A stretch of 64,000 nt of DNA, taken from contig CALRFU010000001.1 of the NCBI GenBank assembly GCA_943356775.1, positions 78,891 to 142,890 on the forward strand, given 5' to 3'. Shown one piece after another: positions 40,001 through 49,218 of the stretch (the first letter of the stretch is position 1; each line of letters opens with the position of its first letter). The stretch comes from Candidatus Nomurabacteria bacterium. Its GTDB lineage: Bacteria; Patescibacteriota; Minisyncoccia; Phycocordibacterales; UBA2100. The notes under the pieces were generated by a model. That model worked only from the letters and a program-made list of their open reading frames with translations, ran no database searches and was not told the origin of the DNA. Made by a program: the position numbers and the translations under genes.

Positions 40001-40196
40001 TCGTTACCAAGCGCTCGATATCTTCGGCGGAAGCACCCGGTAATACAACCGAGATAATACCGACCGGGATTTGAACTTCCGGAGCGGATTCCTTGGTGAT
40101 GACAATTGCAGCAGTAACACCCCAAATAACAAGTGATGCGATAAGCAGTATCGTAAACTGCCTCTTTTCGATAAAGAATTTCCAGAAGGGGAGCAT
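37095..40196 (-). CDS. RND efflux transporter permease (AcrB/CzcA family)
   Basis: 1033 aa, GILVD..IVVVE, RLRPI.LT..TT, two TM bundles. Confidence 0.95.
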   Translation of the reverse strand: MLPFWKFFIEKRQFTILLIASLVIWGVTAAIVITKESAPEVQIPVGIISVVLPGASAEDIERLVTNKLEERLANLTDLNRLTSVSRPGLSIITAEFAASADIDKSIQKLKDEVDKAKPDLPEEAKDPAVSEVNFLDQPVQIISISADYPYAKLAELADQLKRELQAVKGVSRVDVSGVRNREVQVVVKKEELARLGITLSQVVGAIGQSNASLPIGAVTVDDITYNISFKGSLDDISDIGGIAVLNISGRIIYLRDIADVSDGVEKATSYSRISTDGKPSAQAFSLFVYKVRGQDVTSTTAGVREKLEELKLGVLRGSEVIISNDAGDQVRTDLRELTQTGLETMILVMLALFLTIGWREAIVAGLSIPLSFLIAFIGLLYSGNTINFLSLFSLILAIGILVDSGIVVVEAVHTRIRMYGDKKQAAFEALREYGWPLIGGTMATVTFFLPLFFISGIVGQFIASIPFTLIFVLIASIFVALGLVPFLTMTFSQTGEHSRLLEKQEEYARRARTWYDLRLRQILGNRKAQNQFLIGMIVAFVLSIALPVVGIVKTNFFPGEDSEFVTIELEMTQGTALNQTDIAVRAIEEELYGDPRFASIVTTVGGTSAFSDSPQTDTRYANVTLNLVDKGERESSDEIIEDVKAKLADYSLGRVKVSAPTGGPPVGAAILIKYLGRDADSLDAAITIARRELEQTPGAIDIDSSNKNASTEFSLSIDRAKLAQLGLTPGSVASTLRTAVSGFAATSLTGGERDVDVVVSLNLNPNYVDPHDAANTTVDSLNQIPMTTPSGQTILLGSVLKHGVTRSDSAINHEGRERVVTLTSNVSPLKTPGEVLAAFNKRMEQVELPEGVHISVGGENEETNKSFLEMGYALLAGLALTFIILVLSFNSFRFAGYLLMIVPLSLIGVMGGLALTRLPLSFSSLLGVIALAGVIINHAIILMDAIIQRMKTGAGRPFVDIIVDAAVSRLRPIFLTTVTTVLGMIPLTYASSLWGPLAFSILFGLSFAMILTLVLIPVLVYRWPGKLPEDIVR

Positions 40197-40203
40197 ATCT
40201 TGG

Positions 40204-41868
40204 TTACTTTAGCTCTACCTTTTCATCTGCCCGCAAACCACGTGCGTCCGTCACAATCTGCATATCAAGCGTGAGGCCTTCAGTAATAACAACGCGGTCA
40301 CCCAAGAGTGTCCCGACTATGACCGGATGAGGCACAAGTTTATTTTCGGCATCAAGAGTAAACACGATTGTCTCATCTGAGCCGATTTTAATCGCAGAAA
40401 CAGGAATGCTAACTCTCGAGAGATCTTTTGCGGTCACGCGAGCGCGAGTAATGGATACGAGGACAGATTGTCCGTTGATAAGCGCGCCGTCATTGCCTGA
40501 AACGCCGATGCGGACTTCAATCTTCTTCGTCAGCGGATCAATAGCGGGCGCAATTTTCGTGACCACACCGGACACTCCCCCCTCGATTGCTGCAGTGCGT
40601 CCTGCGGCGATATCGTGTGCATCATTTTCGGTCACGTACGCGACGATTTCCAACGCACTGTTGTTTGCGACCGTGAGTACGGGAGACGACTGCTGGACAT
40701 AATCTCCGCGTTTGAGCGAGAACGAATTGATAGTACCGGAGATAGGGGCACGGATGATTGTCTTCTCCAAATTGGCACGAGCCGCCGCCAGACCTCCTTG
40801 CGCTTGCTTCAGTGCCGCTTTCGCCGCTGCGACATCCTCGACTTGTCCACCCGTCACACCTTGCTCAAGATTCTTATGTGCAACGTCAAGAGCCGACTTC
40901 GCTGCCACCAGGCCTTGCGTGGCACCGGAGAGCGAGGAGAGCGCGGTCGTGAGCGTCGTTCGTGCTGCTGTGGCTTCAGACAAATACGTCGCAATGGTGC
41001 TCGCTGAGGCACCGGATGTGCCAATGCCTTTATTGAGAGCACTGATGATCATGTCGAGGAAGCTACGTATTGCACGCATCTCCGTTTCTGTCGCGCTAAT
41101 CTCGACGGAAAGATTGGACGAAGCGGAAAGTGTCAGAGATGCGAGGGTCTCACGTTTTAAATATCCACTAATGACCGGTCGCACGTTCTCTATCTTCATC
41201 GAAAGTTGAGAGTCGGATGACGTGACGTTAAAGATTGGTGAGTGACCTTCAGGATTGGTAAACATCTTATCCGTGGTCCCACGTATGGCGTTGTCTGCCG
41301 TCGCATATGCGGAAAGTAATGTGTTCACTCCAACTGCCTGGGCAGCATCAAGCGAAGCTGAAGCATTTGTACGGTTTGACTCGAGTATCGCCCGCTGCTC
41401 ACTTCGTGCACCACCGGTAATCTTCGAGAGATTTGCTTCCGCAGCTTCGACGGCACCCTGCGCCTGCAGCACGGCAGCCCTCTCCGATGCGTTTTCAAGC
41501 TCGGCGGCGACGGAGCCCGCAGCGATGGGGTCGCCCAAGGTTTTATAGACCCCCGTGACTTGTCCAGAACGCTCAGCACGCACCGTGGCTTCTGATTTGG
41601 AACTTACTTGGCCGACAACAGAAAGCGGCGAGGTTTGATTGGATAATTCGGCAACACTCTTCACTTCGACACTATGCACTTGAGGCGCAGGAGCAGCCAG
41701 AGACTCCGAGCCGCCGAAGAGCGACGACACTCCAGCGATTACGAGTATGAGCGCAGCTGAAGCAATTCCGACTTTCCACCAACCGACACGGGAGCCCCAG
41801 CGAACGAAGCGTGGAAAAGCTGTGCGGATGAATAAAACGGCTTTAACAATCAGATTTTGGGGATGCAT
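40204..41868 (-). CDS. RND membrane-fusion protein (HlyD family)
   Basis: N-terminal TM, IRAPISGTI, upstream of RND permease. Confidence 0.88.
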   Translation of the reverse strand: MHPQNLIVKAVLFIRTAFPRFVRWGSRVGWWKVGIASAALILVIAGVSSLFGGSESLAAPAPQVHSVEVKSVAELSNQTSPLSVVGQVSSKSEATVRAERSGQVTGVYKTLGDPIAAGSVAAELENASERAAVLQAQGAVEAAEANLSKITGGARSEQRAILESNRTNASASLDAAQAVGVNTLLSAYATADNAIRGTTDKMFTNPEGHSPIFNVTSSDSQLSMKIENVRPVISGYLKRETLASLTLSASSNLSVEISATETEMRAIRSFLDMIISALNKGIGTSGASASTIATYLSEATAARTTLTTALSSLSGATQGLVAAKSALDVAHKNLEQGVTGGQVEDVAAAKAALKQAQGGLAAARANLEKTIIRAPISGTINSFSLKRGDYVQQSSPVLTVANNSALEIVAYVTENDAHDIAAGRTAAIEGGVSGVVTKIAPAIDPLTKKIEVRIGVSGNDGALINGQSVLVSITRARVTAKDLSRVSIPVSAIKIGSDETIVFTLDAENKLVPHPVIVGTLLGDRVVITEGLTLDMQIVTDARGLRADEKVELK

Positions 41869-41930
41869 ATGGGCAATACATATTAACCCACTAAACGCGT
41901 TTCGTCAACTTTCCTTCCCACTCCGCATCA

Positions 41931-42689
41931 TTATTGATGCGGGAGAAGTGCTCTAAAAAGAGACATGAGCACGAGACCAATCAGGAAAAACAACGCGTGC
42001 TTGCCGTAGTGCCCGCGTTCGCGTACAGAGCCAATCGAATGAGGAATGAGATCGTGAAAAACGACGATGAGATACGCGCCGGCCGCGAGACCAAGCAGAG
42101 GAACTTCGAGAGCTTCGAATTGTTCCAGAAGGAAGTATCCTCCAATCGAGCCAATCAAAATGGTGGAAGAGACAATGAGATTGTACGTGAGCGCAGTGCG
42201 CGCAGACAATCCCGCTTGCCGCAAGACGAAGAATTGTGATGTTTCCTGAAGCACTTCATGCACCAAAATGCTTATCGTGCTTACGATACCGAGAAGTGGG
42301 GACACGGCAAACGCAGCGACGATAACGACGCCGTCTCCGATGTTGTGTATCCCATCACTGAAAAGAATGCGGCCCGCATCAATACGTGAGTGGGTGTGGT
42401 CTTCCGTCTGCACATCATGATGATGGTGGAAATGCGGTATAAAACGAAATCCAACAAGCACGAGGACGACTCCTGCTGCCACCCACGGAAGACCTGCCAT
42501 AAGCGACCCTGCATGTTCAATAATCTCCTGTGATAAAGAGTATGTGGTCACCAGAAGTACGCCCGCCGCAAAACTCACCAGGAAGTGCAAATTGCGCTCA
42601 ATGAGCGGTCCTGCCTGCCGCCACGCAATAAGCTTCCCCGAAAGGGAGGCGAGCATGACGACGAATGATGCGGTAAGTATTTCAAGCAT
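41931..42689 (-). CDS. ZIP family zinc/metal transporter
   Basis: SFAAG, His-rich loop, DGIHN..DG, HEV.QE, DLIP. Confidence 0.92.
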   Translation of the reverse strand: MLEILTASFVVMLASLSGKLIAWRQAGPLIERNLHFLVSFAAGVLLVTTYSLSQEIIEHAGSLMAGLPWVAAGVVLVLVGFRFIPHFHHHHDVQTEDHTHSRIDAGRILFSDGIHNIGDGVVIVAAFAVSPLLGIVSTISILVHEVLQETSQFFVLRQAGLSARTALTYNLIVSSTILIGSIGGYFLLEQFEALEVPLLGLAAGAYLIVVFHDLIPHSIGSVRERGHYGKHALFFLIGLVLMSLFRALLPHQ

Positions 42690-42707
42690 AGCGAATGGAG
42701 AGGGATA

Positions 42708-43277
42708 TCAAGCTTTCTTGTTACGAAGTATGAGCGGGAGAATTGAAATGGTTGCGCCGAGTAATCCCGCGAGTAATCCTACCCAAAATTCCATACGGAA
42801 TTTGAATGTGCTTTCATCTGAGCTCCGGAGAACGTTCAGCTCAAACTCGGCCTCCCCTACAGTTTCACCAAAATCGCCTTTGCTTGCGTCGTTATACCTC
42901 AGGTCCAACGTGTATGTCCCTCCCTTAGGAAACATATATGAGAAGCCGTTGCCTCCGAATTCTTGTTTTGCGACAGCGCCGGCAAAGAGCGTATTTCCTA
43001 CCCGGCTTCCGTCCTTCTCTGTAATGCGTACCCAGATATCTGTGAATGTAATCTGTTTTTGACGCGTCTCGTCGGCGAAGAGGCCAAAATCGAACCGGCC
43101 GATGGTGCCCGCATGAATAGAGGATTCAGCATAGTCGACATCAGCGATACGCCCTCCCGTTGTTGTGCTTGTGAACGTTAGCCCCTCTCCTCCGTGGGCC
43201 TGCGCAGTGTCTACAGGAACTGCGAGCACACCCGCCAAAGAAACGACAACAAGAGCGAATACCAATTTCGTGTACAT
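42708..43277 (-). CDS. Hypothetical secreted protein with C-terminal TM anchor
   Basis: Signal peptide ending AQA-HGG, beta-rich body, C-terminal TM plus basic tail. Confidence 0.65.
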   Translation of the reverse strand: MYTKLVFALVVVSLAGVLAVPVDTAQAHGGEGLTFTSTTTGGRIADVDYAESSIHAGTIGRFDFGLFADETRQKQITFTDIWVRITEKDGSRVGNTLFAGAVAKQEFGGNGFSYMFPKGGTYTLDLRYNDASKGDFGETVGEAEFELNVLRSSDESTFKFRMEFWVGLLAGLLGATISILPLILRNKKA

Positions 43278-43326
43278 GACGGATATGATAGCAGACGGCA
43301 GGCCGCCAACAAGATATACTAGAGCC

Positions 43327-43686
43327 ATGCTCGACAAGAAGGTAAATAGCTTGCGCAACGCCCTAGCCGGCCTCGTTGTCGCATGGAAGGAAGAGATAAA
43401 TTTCCGTATAGAGATAGGCTGCGGCGTTCTTGCGGTCGCGGCGGCATTGCTGCTCGGGATATCTCAGGCGGAGCTTCTTATCATTCTCTTTCTTATCGGA
43501 TTCGTACTCTCGGCAGAAGCCCTCAATACCGCTCTCGAAGAATTCTGCGACATGGTACAGAAAAATCACGACCCCCACATTGCGAAAATTAAAGACCTCG
43601 CCGCGGCCGCCGTCCTTATCGCCTCCTTCACCGCACTCGTGATTGGAGCCGCAATCTTCATTCCATACATCGCTGCCCTCTCATGA
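43327..43686 (+). CDS. dgkA: Diacylglycerol/undecaprenol kinase
   Basis: E.NFR, E..NTA.E, KD.AA.AVL. Confidence 0.9.
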   Translation: MLDKKVNSLRNALAGLVVAWKEEINFRIEIGCGVLAVAAALLLGISQAELLIILFLIGFVLSAEALNTALEEFCDMVQKNHDPHIAKIKDLAAAAVLIASFTALVIGAAIFIPYIAALS

Positions 43687-44231
43687 CCTCCTTCATTCAA
43701 GGCGTCGACATGCGCGTCCTTGAGTCGCTGTACGCGTTGAGGGACGCTCGGCTTGTTGACGTATTCATTGGGATAAGTGAACTGGGGACGGTACTCACTA
43801 TTTATGGACTTGCGGTGTGCATCGGACTCTTGCTGCTTTTGTATCGAAAATACGCTGCTGTTGCAGGCTTGGCTCTTGCCGTTGCGACAAGTGGCTTCGG
43901 AGTGATTCTCGTCAAAGGGCTTATTGAGCGAGCGCGTCCTCCAGTCTCCTTTCGCGCATACACGGAAATCTGGTACTCATTCCCGAGCGCGCATGCAGCG
44001 CTTTCCGCAGCTCTCTATGGGTATCTAGTATTTCTCGTTTGGACTTTAATCCCGTCTCGGAGCATACGTATTGCAGCAACAATATTTCTTTCACTCGTCG
44101 TCGCAGCGATTTCATTCAGTCGTATTTACCTTGGCGTACATTATCTGAGTGATGTGGTGGCCGGAGTGCTGCTCGGGGCTTTCTGCGCATGGCTAGGATA
44201 CCGCTGGCTGACCTTCGCGCGTAGCTCATGA
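43683..44231 (+). CDS. PAP2 family (undecaprenyl-PP) phosphatase
   Basis: K....RARP, SFPSAH, SRIYLGVHY.SDV. Confidence 0.92.
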   Translation: MTSFIQGVDMRVLESLYALRDARLVDVFIGISELGTVLTIYGLAVCIGLLLLLYRKYAAVAGLALAVATSGFGVILVKGLIERARPPVSFRAYTEIWYSFPSAHAALSAALYGYLVFLVWTLIPSRSIRIAATIFLSLVVAAISFSRIYLGVHYLSDVVAGVLLGAFCAWLGYRWLTFARSS

Positions 44232-44995
44232 CACCGCTCGACGCACTTATTCTCGGTATTGTAGAAGGAATAACGGAATTCCTTCCTATTTCCTCAACTG
44301 GACATCTTATCCTCGCAAGTTCCCTCCTCGGTATTACCAACTCGGAATTTCTCAAGAGTTTTGAGATAGCTATACAGTTGGGAGCAATTCTTGCTGTCGT
44401 TGTATTGTATTGGCGTTCTTTTCTCGATATAGAAATCCTCAAGCGCATCGCCGTAGGATTTATTCCGACAGGAATTATCGGACTCGCCTTCTACAAAGTC
44501 GCAAAAACTTACCTTTTGGGAAATGAGTTGGTAGTGGTGGTGGCACTCGCGGTTGGAGGTATTGCACTTATCGTATTTGAGCTTCTCCATACAGAAGAGT
44601 CGAGTGCGACGGAAGGCCTGCAACACGTCACGTATGGACAGGCCGCGCTTGTCGGACTCTTCCAATCTGTAGCTATCATCCCCGGTGTATCACGCTCCGC
44701 GGCGACTATTCTCGGCGGGCTCCTCATCGGCATCAAGCGGGCGACCATCGTGGAATTCTCCTTCCTCCTTGCGGTACCAACGATGGGTGCCGCGACAGGG
44801 CTCGACCTCGTCAAAAACGCCGGCTCCTTCTCGGCGAATCAATTTCTTCCGCTTGCTGTCGGGTTCGTGGTTTCATTCTTCGTTGCACTTCTCGCAATAC
44901 AATTCCTTCTTGGGTTTGTTCGCAATCGTTCATTCATCGCATTCGGTGTGTATCGCATAGTCATTGCCATTCTGTTTTTCTTCCTTGTTCTGTAA
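44228..44995 (+). CDS. uppP: Undecaprenyl-diphosphatase
   Basis: EGITEFLPISSTGH, PGVSRS..TI, EFSF.LA.P. Confidence 0.96.
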   Translation: MTPLDALILGIVEGITEFLPISSTGHLILASSLLGITNSEFLKSFEIAIQLGAILAVVVLYWRSFLDIEILKRIAVGFIPTGIIGLAFYKVAKTYLLGNELVVVVALAVGGIALIVFELLHTEESSATEGLQHVTYGQAALVGLFQSVAIIPGVSRSAATILGGLLIGIKRATIVEFSFLLAVPTMGAATGLDLVKNAGSFSANQFLPLAVGFVVSFFVALLAIQFLLGFVRNRSFIAFGVYRIVIAILFFFLVL

Positions 44996-45007
44996 TTCCA
45001 AAGCAAC

Positions 45008-45032
45008 GGCCCCCATGCATCGCATGGGGGCC
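45008..45032. terminator. GC-rich hairpin between convergent genes
   Basis: GGCCCCCATGC-ATC-GCATGGGGGCC, 11-bp stem, weak U-tracts. Confidence 0.5.
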
Positions 45033-45046
45033 AGAGCACCAAACGC

Positions 45047-45676
45047 TTACAGCGGCTTCTCTCGGTAGATTTGCCCGTAGTGAGTTGCCGCGCCATTGTA
45101 CAAAACCCTCGGATCGAGATCACGGGGATCAATGACGCGGAACCCTAACTTCTCGTACAGGACCTGAGCCTTGGATTGGCTCGGGAGATCCGTCGTGTGC
45201 AACCGCAACACAGTGTATCCCTTGAGTCTGGCCGTTGAGATCGTCCACTCAAGAAATCTCTTTCCGAGCTTTTGACCTCGCTGGGTCGGATCCAGACAAA
45301 ACCATCCAAGCCATGCTACTTCCGGCTCGTCGAGCGTTTTGTGTTGCAAACCGGTGAGTCCGACAACACTCTGCCGCTTTTTGAGTACCCAGTGCTCCTG
45401 ACTATCGAGTCCTAGTGCCGTCATCGCTTCCCTGTAGGTTGTAGGGTCGATAGTCGCACGATACTCGATCTCTGGACTTTCCGGCAAATCACGACACTGC
45501 GGAAAAACACTGTTTGCCAAAACGATGGCCGACTGTAGAGTCTCCCTCGTAAGAAGTTCGAGGGAAAGTTTGTCCGCCTCATTTCCTCCAAAAACCGGGG
45601 GGGTCTTCACTTCGGCGTTCACGATATGCTCCGTTCGTTCCACCTTATTTCCGCACCACAGCGGCACGGATTCCAC
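45047..45676 (-). CDS. GNAT family N-acetyltransferase
   Basis: WLGWFCLDP..RGQKLG, A..LYEKLGF; start uncertain. Confidence 0.8.
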   Translation of the reverse strand: MESVPLWCGNKVERTEHIVNAEVKTPPVFGGNEADKLSLELLTRETLQSAIVLANSVFPQCRDLPESPEIEYRATIDPTTYREAMTALGLDSQEHWVLKKRQSVVGLTGLQHKTLDEPEVAWLGWFCLDPTQRGQKLGKRFLEWTISTARLKGYTVLRLHTTDLPSQSKAQVLYEKLGFRVIDPRDLDPRVLYNGAATHYGQIYREKPL

Positions 45677-45754
45677 TCTCGATTATGACATCTCTCGGTA
45701 CACCTATTGGTAGCAAAAATAAAAACTGTGAACTGTCCGCTCTGGTACGTGAGA

Positions 45755-46666
45755 CTAGATTTCCTTTCCCGTGAGCATTGTCTTCAAAAGTGCCATGCGG
45801 ACGATAAGCCCATATCCTACTTGCTTGAAATACACAGCATGCGGTGATGCGTCGACAGCCTCCTCTATCTCACCGACGCGCGGAAGCGGGTGAATGATAA
45901 TAGCCCCCTCCTTCATGTGGTCGGCCACATCGCGGGTAATAATATAGCGCCCGCGCTGTTTTTCGTACTCCTCATCGTTCTTTATCCATTCCTTTGCGAT
46001 GCGTGTTTGGTAGACCACATCAGCATCGCGGATACCCTCCGTCATGTCTTCGGTCTCAATAAAGGGGATATTGTTCTCCTTGAGATGATTCTTAACGTCA
46101 TCCTCCATGCGCAATTCGGGTGACGAAATAAAAGTAACCCGCATACCATTATATTTACTCAAGAGATACGCGAGTGAGCGCGGCGAGCGGTAATACTTCA
46201 AATTACCCACAACCGCGACATGTATATCATCTTCGCGTTTCAATTCACGCTGGATAGTGTAGAGGTCGAGGAGTGCTTGCGTCGGATGCTGACCCATGTT
46301 GCCGTCTCCCGCATTGATGACGGGAACCTTCGAGACGGCTGCGGCCCGCGTCGCCGAACCTACCTCCCCGTGGCGCATGACGATAATGTCGGCATATTGG
46401 CTGACAACTTTTATTGAATCTTCCAGTGTTTCCCCCTTTGACTGCGAGGAAGATTCGCCGCTTTCTACCGTTATAACGTTGCCGCCGAGCCGCATCATTG
46501 CCGATTCGAAGGAAAGACGTGTCCGCGTTGAAGAAGCAAAGAAAAGCGAAGCGAGTATCTTGCCTTTAAATGATTCATCGCGCTTGTCTTCGAGAGACGT
46601 GGCGAGTTCGAAGAGGCGCTTGAGAGATGCGCGGTCAAACTGCTGAGTTTCTACGAGGTGTTGCAT
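45755..46666 (-). CDS. pyrB: Aspartate carbamoyltransferase catalytic subunit
   Basis: SSTRTR.SFE, KGETL.D, NAGDG..QHPTQ.LLD, Y.TRI, HPLPR. Confidence 0.93.
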   Translation of the reverse strand: MQHLVETQQFDRASLKRLFELATSLEDKRDESFKGKILASLFFASSTRTRLSFESAMMRLGGNVITVESGESSSQSKGETLEDSIKVVSQYADIIVMRHGEVGSATRAAAVSKVPVINAGDGNMGQHPTQALLDLYTIQRELKREDDIHVAVVGNLKYYRSPRSLAYLLSKYNGMRVTFISSPELRMEDDVKNHLKENNIPFIETEDMTEGIRDADVVYQTRIAKEWIKNDEEYEKQRGRYIITRDVADHMKEGAIIIHPLPRVGEIEEAVDASPHAVYFKQVGYGLIVRMALLKTMLTGKEI

Positions 46667-46682
46667 TGAAAATCAGTGTAGA

Positions 46683-47231
46683 CTATTTTTCTACCATCGC
46701 AACAGCCCGGGTGCGCAAGAACGTGAGTTCAAATCGCTCATTCTGTACCACCCAACGATACAAAGCAGGACTCAGAAGCACAGAGAAAACGATCGTACCC
46801 GTCAGGTGCATCAAGGTAAAAGGAATTTGACCTGTAAATGCGACTACCAACGATTGGTTCATAAAAATAGGGCCTATCGTCATAGTGACGGCATCGTAGA
46901 CCACGGTTGCTGGGATACCGAAGAGAAGGAAATTTTTGACCGAAGCGTCACGATTTTTGAAAAAGAGATGCGCTGCAACACCGAGAAGACCGTAGCAGAT
47001 TGCGGTCACGGCAGTCCAACTTCCCCACCCGCTTGTGATTGCGTCATAGAGAACGATACCCAAGAAGCCGAAAAAAAAGCTGCCCAGGATACCGTAGCGT
47101 TTTGAAAACGGCATCACCGTAGCGAGCATCGGCTCGAAGTTTGGCGGACGGAATGGTATCAGGCGGAAGAGAAATACCGCACTCCAGCCGATGAGGAACT
47201 TGAAAGAAGCGCTGGATATCGAGAAGTTCAT
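46683..47231 (-). CDS. ECF-transporter S-component-like membrane protein
   Basis: 6-TM protein, RLIP..PPNF.P, IPF...H. Confidence 0.6.
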   Translation of the reverse strand: MNFSISSASFKFLIGWSAVFLFRLIPFRPPNFEPMLATVMPFSKRYGILGSFFFGFLGIVLYDAITSGWGSWTAVTAICYGLLGVAAHLFFKNRDASVKNFLLFGIPATVVYDAVTMTIGPIFMNQSLVVAFTGQIPFTLMHLTGTIVFSVLLSPALYRWVVQNERFELTFLRTRAVAMVEK

Positions 47232-47246
47232 AGGAATACTATCGTA

Positions 47247-47900
47247 TCATAGCTGCCCGAGGTGTGCGTGGTCGTTCCAGACGCGCAGCTGCCATGGCGA
47301 CCTACCTTTTGGGCGATCTTCGTCCCTATATTTGACAACGGTAAGTGCCGTATTCTCAAGCTCTCCAAAACCCTCAATAATATGCAAACATTCCTGCGCC
47401 GTGAGATCAGCACCGAAAATCACAGCCGCAGCAATTATGTACATGAAAAACCCGTGGCTTACGACCAAGATATTGTCCTCAGGGCGTTTCGAAAGATATC
47501 CAAGGCCTTCAAGTGCGCGTTGCTTGAGGTCCTCAAAATTCTCCCCGTCTTCGTAGTGCCAACCTGGAACATGAAAGTTTTCCCTAGACGCCTGAATAAC
47601 CGCAACCGCTTCAGGATCGTTGCGTTTCTTGCCAAGTATCTTCGTTGCCGAAATTCGTTCTCTAAAAGAAGCAGAAGTTTCGATGCGCTTATCAATATAT
47701 GTTGCAATAACTTCAGCTGTTTGTAGCGCGCGTGGCATCGTACTCGAAACAATTATTTCTATTGGCAAGTGCACGCAGCGTTTCGCAATTTCAGCGGCTT
47801 GTACTTCTCCTCTCTTCGAAAGGCGCGTATCAATGGGGTTGTACTGACCGAGAGCATTTCCCTCGCTTTCACCGTGTCGTACCAGATAGATAGTCTTCAT
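47247..47900 (-). CDS. Histidine phosphatase family protein
   Basis: LVRHGES, RA.QTA, VSHG, WND.AHL. Confidence 0.92.
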   Translation of the reverse strand: MKTIYLVRHGESEGNALGQYNPIDTRLSKRGEVQAAEIAKRCVHLPIEIIVSSTMPRALQTAEVIATYIDKRIETSASFRERISATKILGKKRNDPEAVAVIQASRENFHVPGWHYEDGENFEDLKQRALEGLGYLSKRPEDNILVVSHGFFMYIIAAAVIFGADLTAQECLHIIEGFGELENTALTVVKYRDEDRPKGRSPWQLRVWNDHAHLGQL

Positions 47901-47909
47901 TTGTATTGT

Positions 47910-49160
47910 TCAGAGTACAAACTCGCCGTCCTTATAGATGACCTTTGTTTTTCCGTTTTTGAGATGTGCAGTCACGGTGCGGCGCGTCGTCGAGATGACG
48001 TCGGTGTGTACGGAAGAATCGTTGAAACCGAGCGCTTCCGCCTGCTTCGTAGTGAGCTTCGAGACATTGCCGCGGAAGGTGTCGCGGTAACTCATGCCGA
48101 GCGCGATATGCGTGTTACCGTATGGCCCTCCCATGTTTTCGTCATAGAGGGTCTCTGCCATAAATTTGGTGATGCGCGAGTGCCGCTTATCGGTGAGCGA
48201 GTATTCGCCGAGTCTATCGGCGCCCGGTGTCGCAATCATTTCCTTGAGTAGTTTCTCGTTGGTCTTCGCCTTTGATTTCACCACCTTGCCACCTTTGAAT
48301 TCAAGTTCAATGCCCGTAATTTTTGAACCGTAGCGGTAGAGCGGTTGGTTGAGCTTTATCCAACCTTCTGTCCCGCGCCAATCCGGAGATGTAAAAATCT
48401 CGAAGCTTGGCATATTCACACCGCGCCCCGCGAGCCAGTTGCGCTTCTCTCCGATGCGTATCCAGAGATCCATATCCGGACCGACCGCATGCAATCTGTC
48501 TATTTTTGGGGTCAACGCATTCAAGCGACTCTTGTACTTCTCTATCTCCGCATATACTTCTTTCCAGCGCTTTATCGGGTCTTCGTAATCCAAGAAACAC
48601 GCTTTGATTATCTGGTTCCAGTATTCTTTCTCAGAAAGTCCCGCCTCCTTGGCCATTGCGGGGGTTCCGTACATGGCAATACTCCATGTAAATTTACCTT
48701 TCCACTCTTTTTCATGCCGCCAGTCGGTAAAAGGCTTCATCGCCATACCGCGCATCATCATTTTCTTCGGGTCTATACCGTCCATGAGGTGCATATCCTT
48801 ATCCGCAAGGAGATAGAGCGAGTGGTCCATCTGGTCGACAACGCCTTTCAAATATTTTGCGGGAAAGAATTTGAGCTGTTTTTCAGACGCGTTTTGGTAG
48901 AAGTACCGACCCGTGCTGGCATTGCGGCGCATATCGCCGTTCTCCTCATCGGGTGCATAGTGCGAAAGCACGTGTCCTCCCGCGTCGACGATTGCATTGC
49001 AGACGGCCATAAAAAGTGGCTTGGCGCTTTCATTGGCGGAAAGCCGCACGACATCTCCCTTTTTAATTCCCTTCCCCATTCCGAGTGCAAAATTCACGAG
49101 CACATCGGCATATTTTTTTAATATTTTCTCACTCGGTACGAACGGTTTTTTTGATGGCAT
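47910..49160 (-). CDS. Aminopeptidase (M29, AmpS/AmpT family)
   Basis: NMPSFEIFTSP, LGE, LYDEN, HIALG.SY, N.SSVH.D. Confidence 0.92.
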   Translation of the reverse strand: MPSKKPFVPSEKILKKYADVLVNFALGMGKGIKKGDVVRLSANESAKPLFMAVCNAIVDAGGHVLSHYAPDEENGDMRRNASTGRYFYQNASEKQLKFFPAKYLKGVVDQMDHSLYLLADKDMHLMDGIDPKKMMMRGMAMKPFTDWRHEKEWKGKFTWSIAMYGTPAMAKEAGLSEKEYWNQIIKACFLDYEDPIKRWKEVYAEIEKYKSRLNALTPKIDRLHAVGPDMDLWIRIGEKRNWLAGRGVNMPSFEIFTSPDWRGTEGWIKLNQPLYRYGSKITGIELEFKGGKVVKSKAKTNEKLLKEMIATPGADRLGEYSLTDKRHSRITKFMAETLYDENMGGPYGNTHIALGMSYRDTFRGNVSKLTTKQAEALGFNDSSVHTDVISTTRRTVTAHLKNGKTKVIYKDGEFVL

Positions 49161-49218
49161 CCGAGAAGACTACAAGCCGTGAGGGCCTTTGTCTACCCCG
49201 GGCGGGCGGAAACGTAGC

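Noticed and set aside
48345-49121. Long antisense ORFs (also 9810-10520, 35323-35994, 38112-38771)
   Set aside because: Opposite confidently identified genes; expected from codon bias.
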